Origin: a bacterium | GTDB taxonomy: Bacteria > Synergistota > GBS-1 | Reading direction: 5' to 3' | NCBI GenBank assembly: GCA_030153785.1 | Contig: JASKLF010000005.1 | Span: 32,001-96,000 of the forward strand | Length of the DNA: 64,000 nt | In this document: positions 19,069 through 29,625 of the stretch, piece by piece | Layout of the letters: every line of letters starts with the position of its first letter | How positions within the stretch are numbered: the first letter of the stretch is position 1 | Position numbers and translations under genes: made by a program | Notes under the pieces: model-generated | What the model was told of the DNA's origin: nothing | Databases searched by the model: none | Seen by the model: the letters and a program-made list of their open reading frames with translations, nothing else

Positions 19069-22000
19069 ATGCCTAAGAGGACTGATATAAAGAGGATCTT
19101 GATTATAGGTTCGGGCCCAATAGTGATAGGACAGGCCTGCGAGTTTGATTACTCAGGTAGTCAGGCTTGCAAGGCTTTGAAGGAAGATGGCTTTGAGGTA
19201 GTTCTCGTGAATAGCAATCCCGCCACAATAATGACAGACCCGGAGATGGCCGATAGAACCTATATAGAGCCTATAGTTCCGGAAGTGGTTGAAAAGATAA
19301 TAGCTAAGGAAAGGCCCGATGCTATTCTTCCAACTCTCGGTGGACAGACAGCGTTAAACACCGCTATAGCGCTTGCAGAGAATGGAGTGCTTGAAAAATA
19401 TGGAGTTGAAATGATAGGGGTTTCTCCTGAGGCGATAAAGAAGGCAGAAAGTAGAGAGCTTTTTAAGAAGGCCATGGAGAGGATAGGTTTAAGAGTTCCG
19501 AAAAGCGGAATAGCGAGAAGCATGGCTGATGTGAGGAGGATAGCTAAGGAGATAGGCTTTCCAATAATAGTAAGACCCAGCTTCACTTTAGGAGGGACAG
19601 GTGGAGGGGTTGCCTACAGTTGGGAAGACCTTGAGGTTTTGGCGCAGGCGGGTCTTTCTGCGAGCATGGTTCATGAAGTCCTTCTTGAAGAGTCTGTTTT
19701 GGGGTGGAAGGAATACGAGCTCGAGGTAATGCGAGATAAGAAGGATAATGTGGTGATAATATGTTCCATAGAGAACTTTGACCCCATGGGGGTTCACACG
19801 GGAGATAGCATCACGGTTGCTCCCGCTCAAACCTTAACCGATAAGGAATATCAGAAAATGAGGGATGCAGCTATAGCTGTGATAAGGGAGATAGGGGTTG
19901 AGACAGGGGGAAGCAACATCCAATTTGCTTTAAACCCTGAAAACGGGGAGATGATGGTTATAGAGATGAATCCCCGCGTTTCTCGCAGTTCCGCTTTAGC
20001 CTCTAAAGCCACAGGCTTTCCAATAGCTAAGATTGCGGCAAAACTTGCTGTTGGATATACTCTTGATGAGATACCGAACGATATTACAAGGGAAACCTAT
20101 GCTTCCTTTGAGCCGACGATAGATTACTGTGTCGTTAAGATCCCCAGGTGGGATTTTAAGAAGTTCCCCGGCGCTAAGGATGAGCTCGGCACTTCTATGC
20201 GTTCCGTTGGAGAGGTTATGGCTATAGGGCGCACCTTTAAGGAGGCGCTTCAGAAGGCGGTTCGCTCTCTTGAGATAGGAAGATACGGCCTTGGTTCGGA
20301 TGGTAAAGATCCCAAGGCCTTGACAAGGGAGGAAATAGAGGAGAAGCTTTCCCGCCCGAATTCTGAGAGATTGTTCTACATTAAATATGCCCTTCAAGGC
20401 GGTTTTTCCGTTGATGAAGTTCATAGACTGACCAAAATAGACCCGTGGTTTTTGAATAACATAAAGCAGATAGTTGATTTGGAGGAAGAGCTTAAAAGGT
20501 TTAAGGGCTACCCGCTAAGCGATATTCCTCAGGACCTGTTTAAGAAGGCCAAGTCTTACGGTTTTTCTGATAGACAGCTTGCCTGCCTTTGGGGTAGAGC
20601 CGAGGAAGAGGTTAGGAGGGAGAGGGAAAGGAGAAACCTTTTCCCCGTGTATAAGCTTGTAGATACGTGCGCTGCTGAATTTGAGGCTTATACGCCTTAT
20701 TACTACTCTACCTATGAGATCGAAGATGAGGCAAAGGTTTCCAATAATAAAAAGGTAATTATTCTGGGTGGCGGTCCCAACAGGATTGGTCAGGGTATAG
20801 AGTTTGATTATTGCTGTGTTCATGCATCCTTTGCCTTAAGAGAGGAAGGAATAGAAAGCATAATAGTTAACAGTAATCCGGAGACGGTGAGCACTGATTA
20901 TGATACCTCTGATAGGCTTTATTTTGACCCTTTGACCCTTGAGGATGTTCTTCATATAGTTCGTGAGGAGAAGCCTTGGGGGGTAATAGTTCAGTTTGGT
21001 GGGCAGACACCATTAAATTTAGCACTCCCCTTATACAATAATGGGGTACCTATAATAGGGACGAGCCCCCTTGAGATAGAGAGAGCCGAAAACAGAGACG
21101 AATTTAGAGAGTTCCTCTATAAGCTTGGTTTGAAGCAGGCGCCGAGCGGAATAGCCTTTAATCTTGAGGAGGCCTTAAAGATAGCGGAAGAGATCGGTTA
21201 CCCCGTTTTGGTGAGGCCATCCTATGTTTTGGGTGGCAGGGCTATGGAGATAGTTTATAATGAGGAAAGGATGAAAGGCTTTTTTGAAAGAGCTATTGAA
21301 GAGGCCCCGGGGGCTCCCGTGTTAATAGATAAGTTCCTTGAAGGTGCAACCGAGGTAGATGTGGATGCTGTGGCCGATGGAGAGATATGTGTTATAGCTG
21401 GGGTAATGGAGCATATCGAGGAGGCTGGGATTCACTCTGGGGATAGTGCGTGTGTTCTTCCTCCTCATACATTACCAAAGGATATGGTGGATGAAATAAA
21501 GCGTCAGACAAGGCTTTTGGCAAGGGAGCTTAACGTTGTTGGTTTGATTAATGTTCAATATGCCGTTAAGGATGGAGAGATATATGTTCTTGAAGTTAAT
21601 CCGAGGGCTTCTCGAACGATTCCCTTTGTTAGCAAAGCTACCGGGATTCCATGGGCTAAGATAGCTACCAAGGTAATGATAGGTAAAAAGCTAAGGGAGC
21701 TTGGAATAACTGAAGAGGTGGAGATAGAACATGTGGCTGTTAAGGAAGCGGTTTTACCGTTCTCGCGCTTTCCAGGTGTGGATCCTCAGCTTGGTCCCGA
21801 GATGCGTTCAACGGGTGAAGTTATGGGGATAGATTATAGCTACCCCTTGGCCTATGCGAAGGCTCAGATTGCGGCGGGCATGAGGCTTCCAAGGGAGGGG
21901 AAGGCCCTTTTAGCTGCTGATGAGGAGTCCTCTTTAAAGATAATACCCATTGCACAGAGGCTTTTAAGTCTCGGGTTTACCCTTGGAGCTTTCCAGTTCA

Positions 22001-22302
22001 CCGCTTCTCATCTTAAGCGTAACGGTATTCCCTGTGAGGCGTTAAAGGGCACTTCCAAGATAAGGAAAGGAGAATTTTCCTTGATAATAGGTATAGGCTC
22101 GGGTAGGGAGATATCGGAAGCGAGAAGGCTTGCTGTGGACCTGAGCATCCCTTATGCCACTACCGTTTCAGGAGCGAAGGCTATGATAGATGCTATAGAA
22201 GCCTTAAGGAGTGAGGAGTTGGAGGTAAGGCCTATTCAGGAGTACTATCTTCGGCGTGCCTTCCGCTTTGAAAACCTTGAAAGAAGGTTCAGAATCGTAT
22301 AA
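19069..22302 (+). CDS. carB: carbamoyl-phosphate synthase large subunit
   Basis: [27 protein letters not shown]; two ATP-grasp halves ([19 protein letters not shown]). ATG at 19069. Confidence 0.97.
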   Translation: MPKRTDIKRILIIGSGPIVIGQACEFDYSGSQACKALKEDGFEVVLVNSNPATIMTDPEMADRTYIEPIVPEVVEKIIAKERPDAILPTLGGQTALNTAIALAENGVLEKYGVEMIGVSPEAIKKAESRELFKKAMERIGLRVPKSGIARSMADVRRIAKEIGFPIIVRPSFTLGGTGGGVAYSWEDLEVLAQAGLSASMVHEVLLEESVLGWKEYELEVMRDKKDNVVIICSIENFDPMGVHTGDSITVAPAQTLTDKEYQKMRDAAIAVIREIGVETGGSNIQFALNPENGEMMVIEMNPRVSRSSALASKATGFPIAKIAAKLAVGYTLDEIPNDITRETYASFEPTIDYCVVKIPRWDFKKFPGAKDELGTSMRSVGEVMAIGRTFKEALQKAVRSLEIGRYGLGSDGKDPKALTREEIEEKLSRPNSERLFYIKYALQGGFSVDEVHRLTKIDPWFLNNIKQIVDLEEELKRFKGYPLSDIPQDLFKKAKSYGFSDRQLACLWGRAEEEVRRERERRNLFPVYKLVDTCAAEFEAYTPYYYSTYEIEDEAKVSNNKKVIILGGGPNRIGQGIEFDYCCVHASFALREEGIESIIVNSNPETVSTDYDTSDRLYFDPLTLEDVLHIVREEKPWGVIVQFGGQTPLNLALPLYNNGVPIIGTSPLEIERAENRDEFREFLYKLGLKQAPSGIAFNLEEALKIAEEIGYPVLVRPSYVLGGRAMEIVYNEERMKGFFERAIEEAPGAPVLIDKFLEGATEVDVDAVADGEICVIAGVMEHIEEAGIHSGDSACVLPPHTLPKDMVDEIKRQTRLLARELNVVGLINVQYAVKDGEIYVLEVNPRASRTIPFVSKATGIPWAKIATKVMIGKKLRELGITEEVEIEHVAVKEAVLPFSRFPGVDPQLGPEMRSTGEVMGIDYSYPLAYAKAQIAAGMRLPREGKALLAADEESSLKIIPIAQRLLSLGFTLGAFQFTASHLKRNGIPCEALKGTSKIRKGEFSLIIGIGSGREISEARRLAVDLSIPYATTVSGAKAMIDAIEALRSEELEVRPIQEYYLRRAFRFENLERRFRIV

Positions 22303-22324
22303 AATAATTTAAGGTGATGCTTTC

Positions 22325-22798
22325 ATGGAGTATACTTATATAGTTGTAAAGCCCAATGCGGATGAAAGGGCTGAGAGGATAATTGAAGAGCTTCCCTGTA
22401 AGGTAGAGAAGGTAGCGCTTCATGTTTCTCTCCCGCGGGAGTTCTGGGAGAGCTTTTATGTGGTCCACAGAGGAAAGAGCTTTTATGAGGAGCTTTTGGA
22501 TTTTATGTCCAGCGGAAATACGAGCCATTTTATAGGATACGGCGATGGGGTTATAAAGAAGGTGAGAAAGGCTATAGGGGCTACGGACCCTTCTAAAGCG
22601 GAGCCTGGCACTATAAGGGCTAAGTATGGGAGGAGCATAACGGAAAATGCCATTCACGCTTCGGATAGCCCTTCATCGGCGCACTTCGAGTTAAGCGTTG
22701 GCTTAACGGGGTTGCTTCAATATGGCTATATAGACCTAAAGAGGTTTATGGAGCTTAAGGAGAGGTTTTTGGGAGGGGAGGAAGTAAAGCATGCCTGA
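22325..22798 (+). CDS. ndk: nucleoside diphosphate kinase
   Basis: VKP, FY..HRGKSFY, IGATDPSKAEPGTIR, NAIHASDS (catalytic His). Confidence 0.9.
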   Translation: MEYTYIVVKPNADERAERIIEELPCKVEKVALHVSLPREFWESFYVVHRGKSFYEELLDFMSSGNTSHFIGYGDGVIKKVRKAIGATDPSKAEPGTIRAKYGRSITENAIHASDSPSSAHFELSVGLTGLLQYGYIDLKRFMELKERFLGGEEVKHA

Positions 22799-24119
22799 GA
22801 AGCTGGTTGTTATAGGTGGTGTAGCGGCTGGCCCTTCTGCGGCCTTTAAGGCGAAGAGAACCAATCCTGATCTGGAGGTTCTTTTGATAACCGATGAAGA
22901 AGACTTGTCCTATGGAGCCTGTGGTTTACCTTACTTGATAAGCAGAAAAATTTCTGAGAGAAGAAGGCTTGTTGCAAGAGACGTTGAGGCTTTTAGAAAA
23001 GGGGGTATAGATGTCAGGCTTAAAACCCGTGTAGAGAAGATAGATGTGAATGGAAGGTTCGTTGTGGCAGGCGGGGAAAATATACGCTACGATTATCTTC
23101 TTATAGCTACGGGTGCAAGCCCCCTTATTCCCCCCTTTGAAGGGGTTAACCTTGATGGAGTTTTTACCTTAAGAACCCTTAGGGATGGCGATAGAATAAT
23201 AGATTATATAAGAAGAGAAAACCCTTGGAAGGCAGTCATAGTTGGTGCAGGCTATATAGGGGTTGAGATGGCAGAGAGCTTTGCTTCTTTGGGTATGAGA
23301 GTTACCATGGTTGAGCTCATGCCTCATATACTCATTAACATGGATGGCGACATTGCAGAGAAGGTGGAGAATTACCTTAGGGAAAACAGGGTCGAGGTTT
23401 TAACATCTACAAAGGTTTTGGGTTTCGAGGGAAAAAGAAGGGTAGAGAGGGTTATAACCGATAAAGGAAAGATCGAGGCTGACATAGTCCTTCTCGCCAT
23501 AGGGGTTAGACCGAATTCGGAGCTGGCTAAGGAAGCCGGCTTAGCATTGGGGCCGAAGGGCTCCATAGATGTCAATAATCTCATGGAAACATCCGTTCCG
23601 GGGATTTACGCGGCGGGTGATTGTGCCGATGCCGTGCATCTTGTGACAGGTAAAAAGGTTTATATTCCTCTTGGCAGTACCGCTAATAAGCAGGGAAGGG
23701 TTGCGGGTAGCAACATTGCGGGTGAGCGCGCAATCTTCCCAGGGGTCGTGGGAACCGCTATAGCTAAGGTGATGGATATGGAGATAGCGAGAACGGGGTT
23801 AAGTGTCGAGGAGGCGAAGGCTGAAGGATTAAAGATAAAAACTTCCCTTATAGAGTCACACACTACAGCCGGCTATTACCCTGGTGGTTCCTCTATCTCG
23901 GTAAAGATAGTAGCTGAGGAGGAAACGGGTAGAATACTTGGTGGACAGATATTCGGTGGGCCGGGAAGTGCGATGAGAATTAACGCCCTGGCTGTTGCGG
24001 TATCAAGCGGAATGAAGATATGGGATTTTGCTTATCTTGACTTGGCGTATGCGCCTCCCTTTGCTCCCGTATGGGATCCTCTGCTTGTTGCTGCGCAAAA
24101 TCTTCTTAAAGAATATTAG
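22791..24119 (+). CDS. CoA-disulfide reductase / NADH oxidase family flavoprotein
   Basis: GGVAAG, SYGACGLPY (redox Cys), GAGYIGVE, AAGDCA, DLAYAPPFAP. Confidence 0.88.
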   Translation: MPEKLVVIGGVAAGPSAAFKAKRTNPDLEVLLITDEEDLSYGACGLPYLISRKISERRRLVARDVEAFRKGGIDVRLKTRVEKIDVNGRFVVAGGENIRYDYLLIATGASPLIPPFEGVNLDGVFTLRTLRDGDRIIDYIRRENPWKAVIVGAGYIGVEMAESFASLGMRVTMVELMPHILINMDGDIAEKVENYLRENRVEVLTSTKVLGFEGKRRVERVITDKGKIEADIVLLAIGVRPNSELAKEAGLALGPKGSIDVNNLMETSVPGIYAAGDCADAVHLVTGKKVYIPLGSTANKQGRVAGSNIAGERAIFPGVVGTAIAKVMDMEIARTGLSVEEAKAEGLKIKTSLIESHTTAGYYPGGSSISVKIVAEEETGRILGGQIFGGPGSAMRINALAVAVSSGMKIWDFAYLDLAYAPPFAPVWDPLLVAAQNLLKEY

Positions 24120-24792
24120 CTATAGAGTCATAAACGAATTGGGCTAAGGTCAGAAAGTCAAAGACGGGTAGACCAAGCTCCATTTGAACTCTCGGTGTAT
24201 AAGGCGGTAGGTTATGGCATTCAAAGAGGATAGCTTTTGTATCGGGATGTTCATAAACTAACTCTTTTGCCGTTTCTAACACTTCCTTTTCTATCTTTAT
24301 AAAATCTCCATCAGGGGAGTCCTCGAGTATGACCCTTTTGGATTCGCTTTTGCCTTCAAGCCCCTTTATCCCAAGGGGAATTCCCTTGCCTCCCGCGGCT
24401 TCAATATGAGATTCAGACAGCGACCTTGAGTTTGCGGTTATGATGCCGATTTTCCCCCTCACCATCTTGTAAATCAAAGGTATCATTATTAGCCCTGAGG
24501 CGAATACGGGAACCTTTACCTCCTGGGCTAACCTGTCCTGAAATAGAACGGTGAAACCGCAGCTTGTGGTTATTGCCTTTACTCCTTCCGCTTCGAGCTC
24601 TTTTGCCCCTTTTATAAATGCATCTATAAGGCTTTCTTCCGTTTTCCAGACCACCGTTTTAAGGTTTGCCCCCTTAACCTTTTTAAGCTTCACGGGGAAT
24701 GGATAGGTCTGGGGATTACCCACATCACCTATTATTCTTGGAAATTTAGTTTCAAGCATCAATACTCCGAGGATGGCGGTATTTCCCTTCAT
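24106..24792 (-). CDS. aspartate/glutamate racemase-fold protein
   Basis: LGVLMLETKFPRIIGDVGNP.TY.FPV, ITTSCGF, LFECHNLPPY. ATG 24792 after SD GAGGT (GTG 24807 is an alternative). Confidence 0.75.
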   Translation of the reverse strand: MKGNTAILGVLMLETKFPRIIGDVGNPQTYPFPVKLKKVKGANLKTVVWKTEESLIDAFIKGAKELEAEGVKAITTSCGFTVLFQDRLAQEVKVPVFASGLIMIPLIYKMVRGKIGIITANSRSLSESHIEAAGGKGIPLGIKGLEGKSESKRVILEDSPDGDFIKIEKEVLETAKELVYEHPDTKAILFECHNLPPYTPRVQMELGLPVFDFLTLAQFVYDSIANIL

Positions 24793-24807
24793 GGTTGAAA
24801 ACCTCAC

Positions 24808-25596
24808 TTACAGGTCTTTTCTAAAAGGCTTATAGGCTAAAAGCTCTAAAAGAACTTCGGCTAAAAGGCCGGGAACTCTTCCTATGGCAAATATTCCCCT
24901 TCCCGTTAGGTAGGGGAATCCCATGTCGCTAAGTATGGACCCTGAGGCTCCGTCTATGTTCATATATATTCCCTTATGTTCCGAAAGTAGCTTTTCGATC
25001 TCTATGGCGAGCTTTAGATGCGGACCATCCACTTCCAGTTCTTTCGCTAATGCAATTAATGCGGGAGGACGTGGATCCCTGTTATGGTATCTATGTCCGT
25101 ATCCCGGTATTTTTTTGCCGTTTTTCATGTGATCTTCAAATATTACCTGAGCTGCCTCTTTGAAGGATAGACCTTCCTTCTCTATTAGCCTTTCTACGCT
25201 CTCCTGAAAGAGCTTCATGGCAAGCTCTATTGCACCCGCGTGGTGATCCCCGAAGGCTAATATTCCTCCTGCTATTGCAGCTTGAATGGGGGAACCGGCA
25301 GAAACTATAAGTCTTGCGGTTTTCGTGCTTGCCGGCGTTGGCCCGTGGTCACACATGGCTACGAAGATTGCTTCAAGCATTCTTGCCCTTTCCGGAGACG
25401 GTCTTTCACCTTTAAGAAGAAACCAGACCACTTCTGCGAAGCTCCAGCTTCTTATAAGCTCTTCTATTCTTATTCCCCTGACTATGATGTGATTAGGTTC
25501 TATCTTTGTTATCCCTCTGTCTGGAGGGATGGGAATCTCCTTGCTTGGTGACATTTTGATCTCCCGCCTTTCTCTCTGGTCTTCTAATAAACTCAC
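24808..25596 (-). CDS. citryl-CoA lyase / short citrate synthase-like protein
   Basis: DHGPTPAS, GDHHAGAIE, IPGYGHRYH.RDPR, NIDGA, GRVPGL; 262 aa. Confidence 0.8.
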   Translation of the reverse strand: MSLLEDQRERREIKMSPSKEIPIPPDRGITKIEPNHIIVRGIRIEELIRSWSFAEVVWFLLKGERPSPERARMLEAIFVAMCDHGPTPASTKTARLIVSAGSPIQAAIAGGILAFGDHHAGAIELAMKLFQESVERLIEKEGLSFKEAAQVIFEDHMKNGKKIPGYGHRYHNRDPRPPALIALAKELEVDGPHLKLAIEIEKLLSEHKGIYMNIDGASGSILSDMGFPYLTGRGIFAIGRVPGLLAEVLLELLAYKPFRKDL

Positions 25597-25633
25597 GATT
25601 AAGACACCTCCTAAGGTTTAATGAGACGGTAAC

Positions 25634-25719
25634 AAAAAAGCCCGCTCCAGATTTTCTGGAGCGGGCCAGGAAGTCGAAAATAAGCTGATCTCGGGTTACC
25701 GCCCGAGATATCCTGGCCC
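25634..25719 (-). promoter_or_regulatory. candidate attenuator: terminator with competing antiterminator in the 5' leader
   Basis: Minus-strand 12-bp stem GCCCGCTCCAGA/TCTGGAGCGGGC plus U6; GGGCCAGGA (25711-25719) can pair with TCCTGGCCC (25663-25671), which overlaps the terminator 5' arm. Confidence 0.6.
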
Positions 25720-25806
25720 CTATTCGCTTCTTCTCCTTCTTAAGGCTAAATACTTTAAAAGCTACAGCCCTTCTCATTTTTGCCTCCGTTTAGATGCTTT
25801 TCTCCT

Positions 25807-25835
25807 ATTTTATCTTAGGAGTTTATGCTAGTCAA
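25807..25835 (-). promoter_or_regulatory. sigma70 promoter upstream of the leader and citryl-CoA lyase-like gene
   Basis: Minus strand TTGACT-17 nt-TAAAAT. Confidence 0.65.
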
Positions 25836-25877
25836 GAAGCTGAGGACAAATTTTTGTAAGGGTGCCGAGAACTTTAT

Positions 25878-26480
25878 CTACGATGGTATGATATCTTTTC
25901 TGAGGATTCTTATTCTCCTTCCCGCCTTTTCTATGATTCCCTCTCGAATAAGGTCCTGAAGGACTCTTGATAAGGCAGGGCGTGCACAGCCAAACATTTT
26001 GGATAGGTCTTCAATAGTTACATTTAGAACTAAATAGCCATCTTCATTTGCATGCTGTATTAAATAATACAGGAGCCTTTCTTTTAGGGTTTTAGTGCTA
26101 AGAAGGAAGAGCTTTTCTGAGACCATCCTGAAGTGTTCGGATATGTCTTCGAGAAAGAAAAACAATATATCTTTTCTCTTCATTAGAATATCGAGGAAAT
26201 CTTTCCTTTCTATATGAAGAATTTTTGACTCCTCCTTCGCGGTTACTGTTGCGGGGTATTTGGGTTCCCTTGAGAATATAAGCCCAGAGGCTATTATTTT
26301 GATGGGCTTGATCGTATCGATTTCCAAGCTCTTTCCGCTATCCGATATGTGCTCCGTTGAGAGCAAACCTTCAAGGAGGATTAAAATTTCCTCTATTGGT
26401 TCTCCCTGAAGCTTAATGATCTCTCCCTTTTTATATATGGCTATCTTACCCTTCTGAAGCAGGTCCTCTAAATCGACCAA
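25878..26480 (-). CDS. Crp/Fnr-family regulator (HcpR-like)
   Basis: cNMP-type domain (YKKGEII..QGE, YPATVTA) plus HTH (TIEDLSKMFGCARPALSRVL); divergent from hcp. Likely TTG start 26480 after GGGGGTGA. Confidence 0.85.
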   Translation of the reverse strand: MVDLEDLLQKGKIAIYKKGEIIKLQGEPIEEILILLEGLLSTEHISDSGKSLEIDTIKPIKIIASGLIFSREPKYPATVTAKEESKILHIERKDFLDILMKRKDILFFFLEDISEHFRMVSEKLFLLSTKTLKERLLYYLIQHANEDGYLVLNVTIEDLSKMFGCARPALSRVLQDLIREGIIEKAGRRIRILRKDIIPS

Positions 26481-26496
26481 GGTTTCACCCCCGAAA

Positions 26497-26512
26497 TGTA
26501 ACAAATGTTACA
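26497..26512. promoter_or_regulatory. Crp/Fnr (HcpR-type) binding palindrome
   Basis: TGTAAC-AAAT-GTTACA between the regulator and hcp. Confidence 0.7.
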
Positions 26513-26575
26513 GACAGTTTCACTTGAAAATATTATAGTATAAAGTGAAATTATAAGAAGGAGGTTTGAGGAAAC

Positions 26576-27871
26576 ATGCAGATGTTCTGTTATCAGTGTT
26601 CTCAAACGGCGAAGGGTACGGGTTGTACCGAGCGTGGGGTTTGTGGGAAGAGTCCTACTCTTGCAAGACTACAGGATAATCTGATATTTGCTATAAAAGG
26701 CATATCTGCTTATTACTACCATGCAAGGGAGCTTGGTTATGATGATTCTGAGATAGCTGGTTTTCTTGATGAGGCGCTTTACAGCACCTTAACTAATGTG
26801 AACTTTGATGCGGAGGATTTTGTAAGATACGCGCTTGAGGCGGGAAAGATGAACTTGAAGGCGATGAAGCTTCTTAAGAAGGCTCATATCGATACATATG
26901 GGGAGCCCACCCCTGTAGAGGTGGAGACGGGGACGAGGAAAGGCAAGGGTATCATCGTTACCGGGCATAACCTTAAGGCGCTTGAGGAGCTTTTAAAACA
27001 GGTTGATGGGACAAACGTCTATGTTTATACCCACTCTGAGATGCTTCCTGCGCATGGGTATCCTGGCTTGAGAAAATATAAGAATCTGGTTGGTAACCTT
27101 GGAAAGGCGTGGTATGATCAGAGGAAGCTCTTTGCTGAATACCCCGTTGCCATACTTGGAACCTCAAACTGTGTATTGCTACCTGAGGAGTCTTATAAAG
27201 ACAGGATGTTTACTACGAGCATCGCAAGGCTTCCCGGGGTGAAGTATATAAGCGGCTATGATTATACTGAGGTGATTGAGAAGGCAAAAACTTTGCCTGA
27301 CCTGGAGGATAAACCTGGAACTTACAAGCTCAAAACAGGTTTTTCCACATCTGTGGTAGCCTCTCTTGTTGATAAGATAAGGGAGCTCGTTAATGCCGGT
27401 AAGATAAGACACTTCTTCGTGGTCGGAGGATGCGATGTGCCTTTCAAGAGAAACGAATATTACAGGGAGTTTGTTCAGAAGCTTCCTAAAGAGACGGTGG
27501 TTATCACCCTTGCTTGCGGTAAGTTTAGAATAAACGACCTTGATCTTGGAGAGATAGAGGGTATTCCGAGGCTGATCGATGTTGGTCAATGTAATGATAC
27601 GATCGTTGCAATAGAGATTGCGGAGGCGCTTGCGAAGGCTTTCAACGTGCCCGTTACAGATCTTCCTCTCACGCTCGTTCTAACCTGGATGGAGCAGAAG
27701 GCGGTGGCGATCCTTTGGACTTTGCTTGCGCTCGGTCTGAAAAATATCTATGTTGGGCCAATCATTCCTGCGTGGGTTAACGAGGATATATTGAAGGTAT
27801 TGACTACGGAGTTCGGTATAAAGGCTATATCGGAGCCTGAAAGGGATATAAATGAGATATTAAAGGTTTAG
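26576..27871 (+). CDS. hcp: hybrid cluster protein (hydroxylamine/NO reductase), short form
   Basis: [55 protein letters not shown]. Confidence 0.95.
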   Translation: MQMFCYQCSQTAKGTGCTERGVCGKSPTLARLQDNLIFAIKGISAYYYHARELGYDDSEIAGFLDEALYSTLTNVNFDAEDFVRYALEAGKMNLKAMKLLKKAHIDTYGEPTPVEVETGTRKGKGIIVTGHNLKALEELLKQVDGTNVYVYTHSEMLPAHGYPGLRKYKNLVGNLGKAWYDQRKLFAEYPVAILGTSNCVLLPEESYKDRMFTTSIARLPGVKYISGYDYTEVIEKAKTLPDLEDKPGTYKLKTGFSTSVVASLVDKIRELVNAGKIRHFFVVGGCDVPFKRNEYYREFVQKLPKETVVITLACGKFRINDLDLGEIEGIPRLIDVGQCNDTIVAIEIAEALAKAFNVPVTDLPLTLVLTWMEQKAVAILWTLLALGLKNIYVGPIIPAWVNEDILKVLTTEFGIKAISEPERDINEILKV

Positions 27872-27878
27872 TTTTAGT

Positions 27879-27906
27879 AAGCCCCACCCTCTAAAGGGTG
27901 GGGCTT
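27879..27906. terminator. bidirectional terminator hairpin
   Basis: AAGCCCCACCCT-ctaa-AGGGTGGGGCTT between convergent genes. Confidence 0.7.
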
Positions 27907-27911
27907 GGTTT

Positions 27912-29348
27912 TTAGAATTCGTATGCTCCAATATCGGGTTGCGCATCGCGAGGCTTATTTTCTAAATCTACTGTTGGGGCATCTTGCGTTGTTCCCGCAT
28001 TAATTGCTGGGCTACCAGCTTGCAGGTGATAATCTCCCTCCGTTCCCCATGCGGGATTTACAAATAACGGATCGCCATAGATATTTCCGCTACCTAAGTT
28101 TCCAATGTTTGTAGAGTTATACTCGGTATTACCATGTATCAATACCCTTTGGCTTTGTGGCATGTAAAAAAGGTTGTGATCAGCTACCAGGGTGCTGACT
28201 TCGTTGATGTAGATAGGGCAGTCTGGTCCTCGCCCGCTGAATATCGAATTTCTGATGGTTAAGTTAACAGGAATGGTTGGATTATCATACTGAACATACA
28301 TTATATAGTTGTTTCCCAATTCGTCATCAACGGTGACGTTTACGATTTCAAAGCGAGCCCTAACTTGTTCTCCTTGGTCAATTACGATGGCCGCCCAAGG
28401 GGTAGGTGTTGGGTCACCGTCGCCTCTGCCATAGATGAGGGTATTTTCTACACGGCTGTTATCTCCCCAGAGTTTTACTCCATCGCAAGAGTTGTTTGCA
28501 ACGATGCACCTTCGAATTGTGGTGTTGGCTGCTTTTGAATCTAAGCCGTCTCCATAATTATGTTCCGCAATGGTATCTTCAATTATAATGGGTCCGTTGG
28601 AGGGTTCTATTCCGAAACCATCGGGACGGTCATAGGGGCGGTTTGAACCATCGCCTCCTTGATAGTAATGACCACTATAGGATAGTGAACACCCTTGTAT
28701 AGTCACATTCTGCCATCCTCCATGGTCTCCTTGGGGTCCTCCTAAAGCTCCAAAACCACAATATTCTATACGACAGTTAATAATTTGCAAATCTTCCACG
28801 TCCTTTATATCCATTCCAAATTCATCTATGTGATGAATATACAGGTCTTGTAATAGGATATGAGCTGCTGGTTCATCAAGTATGCTTATTCCCTCTCGGA
28901 ACCAGAGATCCTGTCCAGTAGCGGTATCGTCATGGGTAATTTCAAGGTTCTCTATACGAACATATTGAGCGCCAGAAAGGTCAAAGGCAGCTCTAAGGTT
29001 ATTTCGTCCCACCAAGACTGGGCGATTTCCCTCTTCCCCTCGTATGGTGACCCAAGCGGAAGATGTTCCCGAATTTGGAATAATAACATCTTCTTCCTCC
29101 CTTAAGACATAACGGCCTCCCAGTATTATGAGTGTATCGCCGGGTTGAAGCATTCTCGCACCATAGGCGGGGGTAGCCCACGGTTGATCTCGGGTACCTG
29201 GGTTGCTATTGTTTCCGTTTGGAGAAACATAGTAGACGTTGTTTGAAGGAGGTGGAGGAGCTTCGCCACTCGATGTTGCGCCGCCACCGCATCCGAACAT
29301 CGATAAGGCTAAGGCTAAGCTTAGCAAGGTGATGACGATACCCCTCAT
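27912..29348 (-). CDS. probable lipoprotein with right-handed parallel beta-helix (pectin lyase-like fold)
   Basis: Signal peptide ending FGC; YYVSPNGNNSNPGT..PWAT, PGDTL; repeated beta-helix turns; C-terminal DPLFV..DYHLQAGSPAINAG..PDIGAYE. Confidence 0.75.
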   Translation of the reverse strand: MRGIVITLLSLALALSMFGCGGGATSSGEAPPPPSNNVYYVSPNGNNSNPGTRDQPWATPAYGARMLQPGDTLIILGGRYVLREEEDVIIPNSGTSSAWVTIRGEEGNRPVLVGRNNLRAAFDLSGAQYVRIENLEITHDDTATGQDLWFREGISILDEPAAHILLQDLYIHHIDEFGMDIKDVEDLQIINCRIEYCGFGALGGPQGDHGGWQNVTIQGCSLSYSGHYYQGGDGSNRPYDRPDGFGIEPSNGPIIIEDTIAEHNYGDGLDSKAANTTIRRCIVANNSCDGVKLWGDNSRVENTLIYGRGDGDPTPTPWAAIVIDQGEQVRARFEIVNVTVDDELGNNYIMYVQYDNPTIPVNLTIRNSIFSGRGPDCPIYINEVSTLVADHNLFYMPQSQRVLIHGNTEYNSTNIGNLGSGNIYGDPLFVNPAWGTEGDYHLQAGSPAINAGTTQDAPTVDLENKPRDAQPDIGAYEF

Positions 29349-29625
29349 TTTCACTCACCCCCTTTCGCTTTGGATATTGTAATGCAATTTTATACATTAT
29401 AGCTCTGTATGTAAAGTTATTCAATTATATATATAATTAACAGTTTTTGAACTTATGGATGGAAGGGAAAGGATAGCTTGTACGGGGGGATATTATCGCT
29501 TTTAGATTGCCAGTATTTTATTTGTTATGAATGGATATTTCTGTGACTCGGAATTTCAAGGAGACTTGAGGCTTTTTAATCTTATGGGGGTGATATGTAA
29601 GTTGTGGAGGTGGGATGCTGGAACT

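Noticed and set aside
25493..25777. 94-aa ORF as an ordinary protein-coding gene
   Set aside because: It runs through a terminator hairpin and out of frame into the next gene; treated only as a possible leader ORF.
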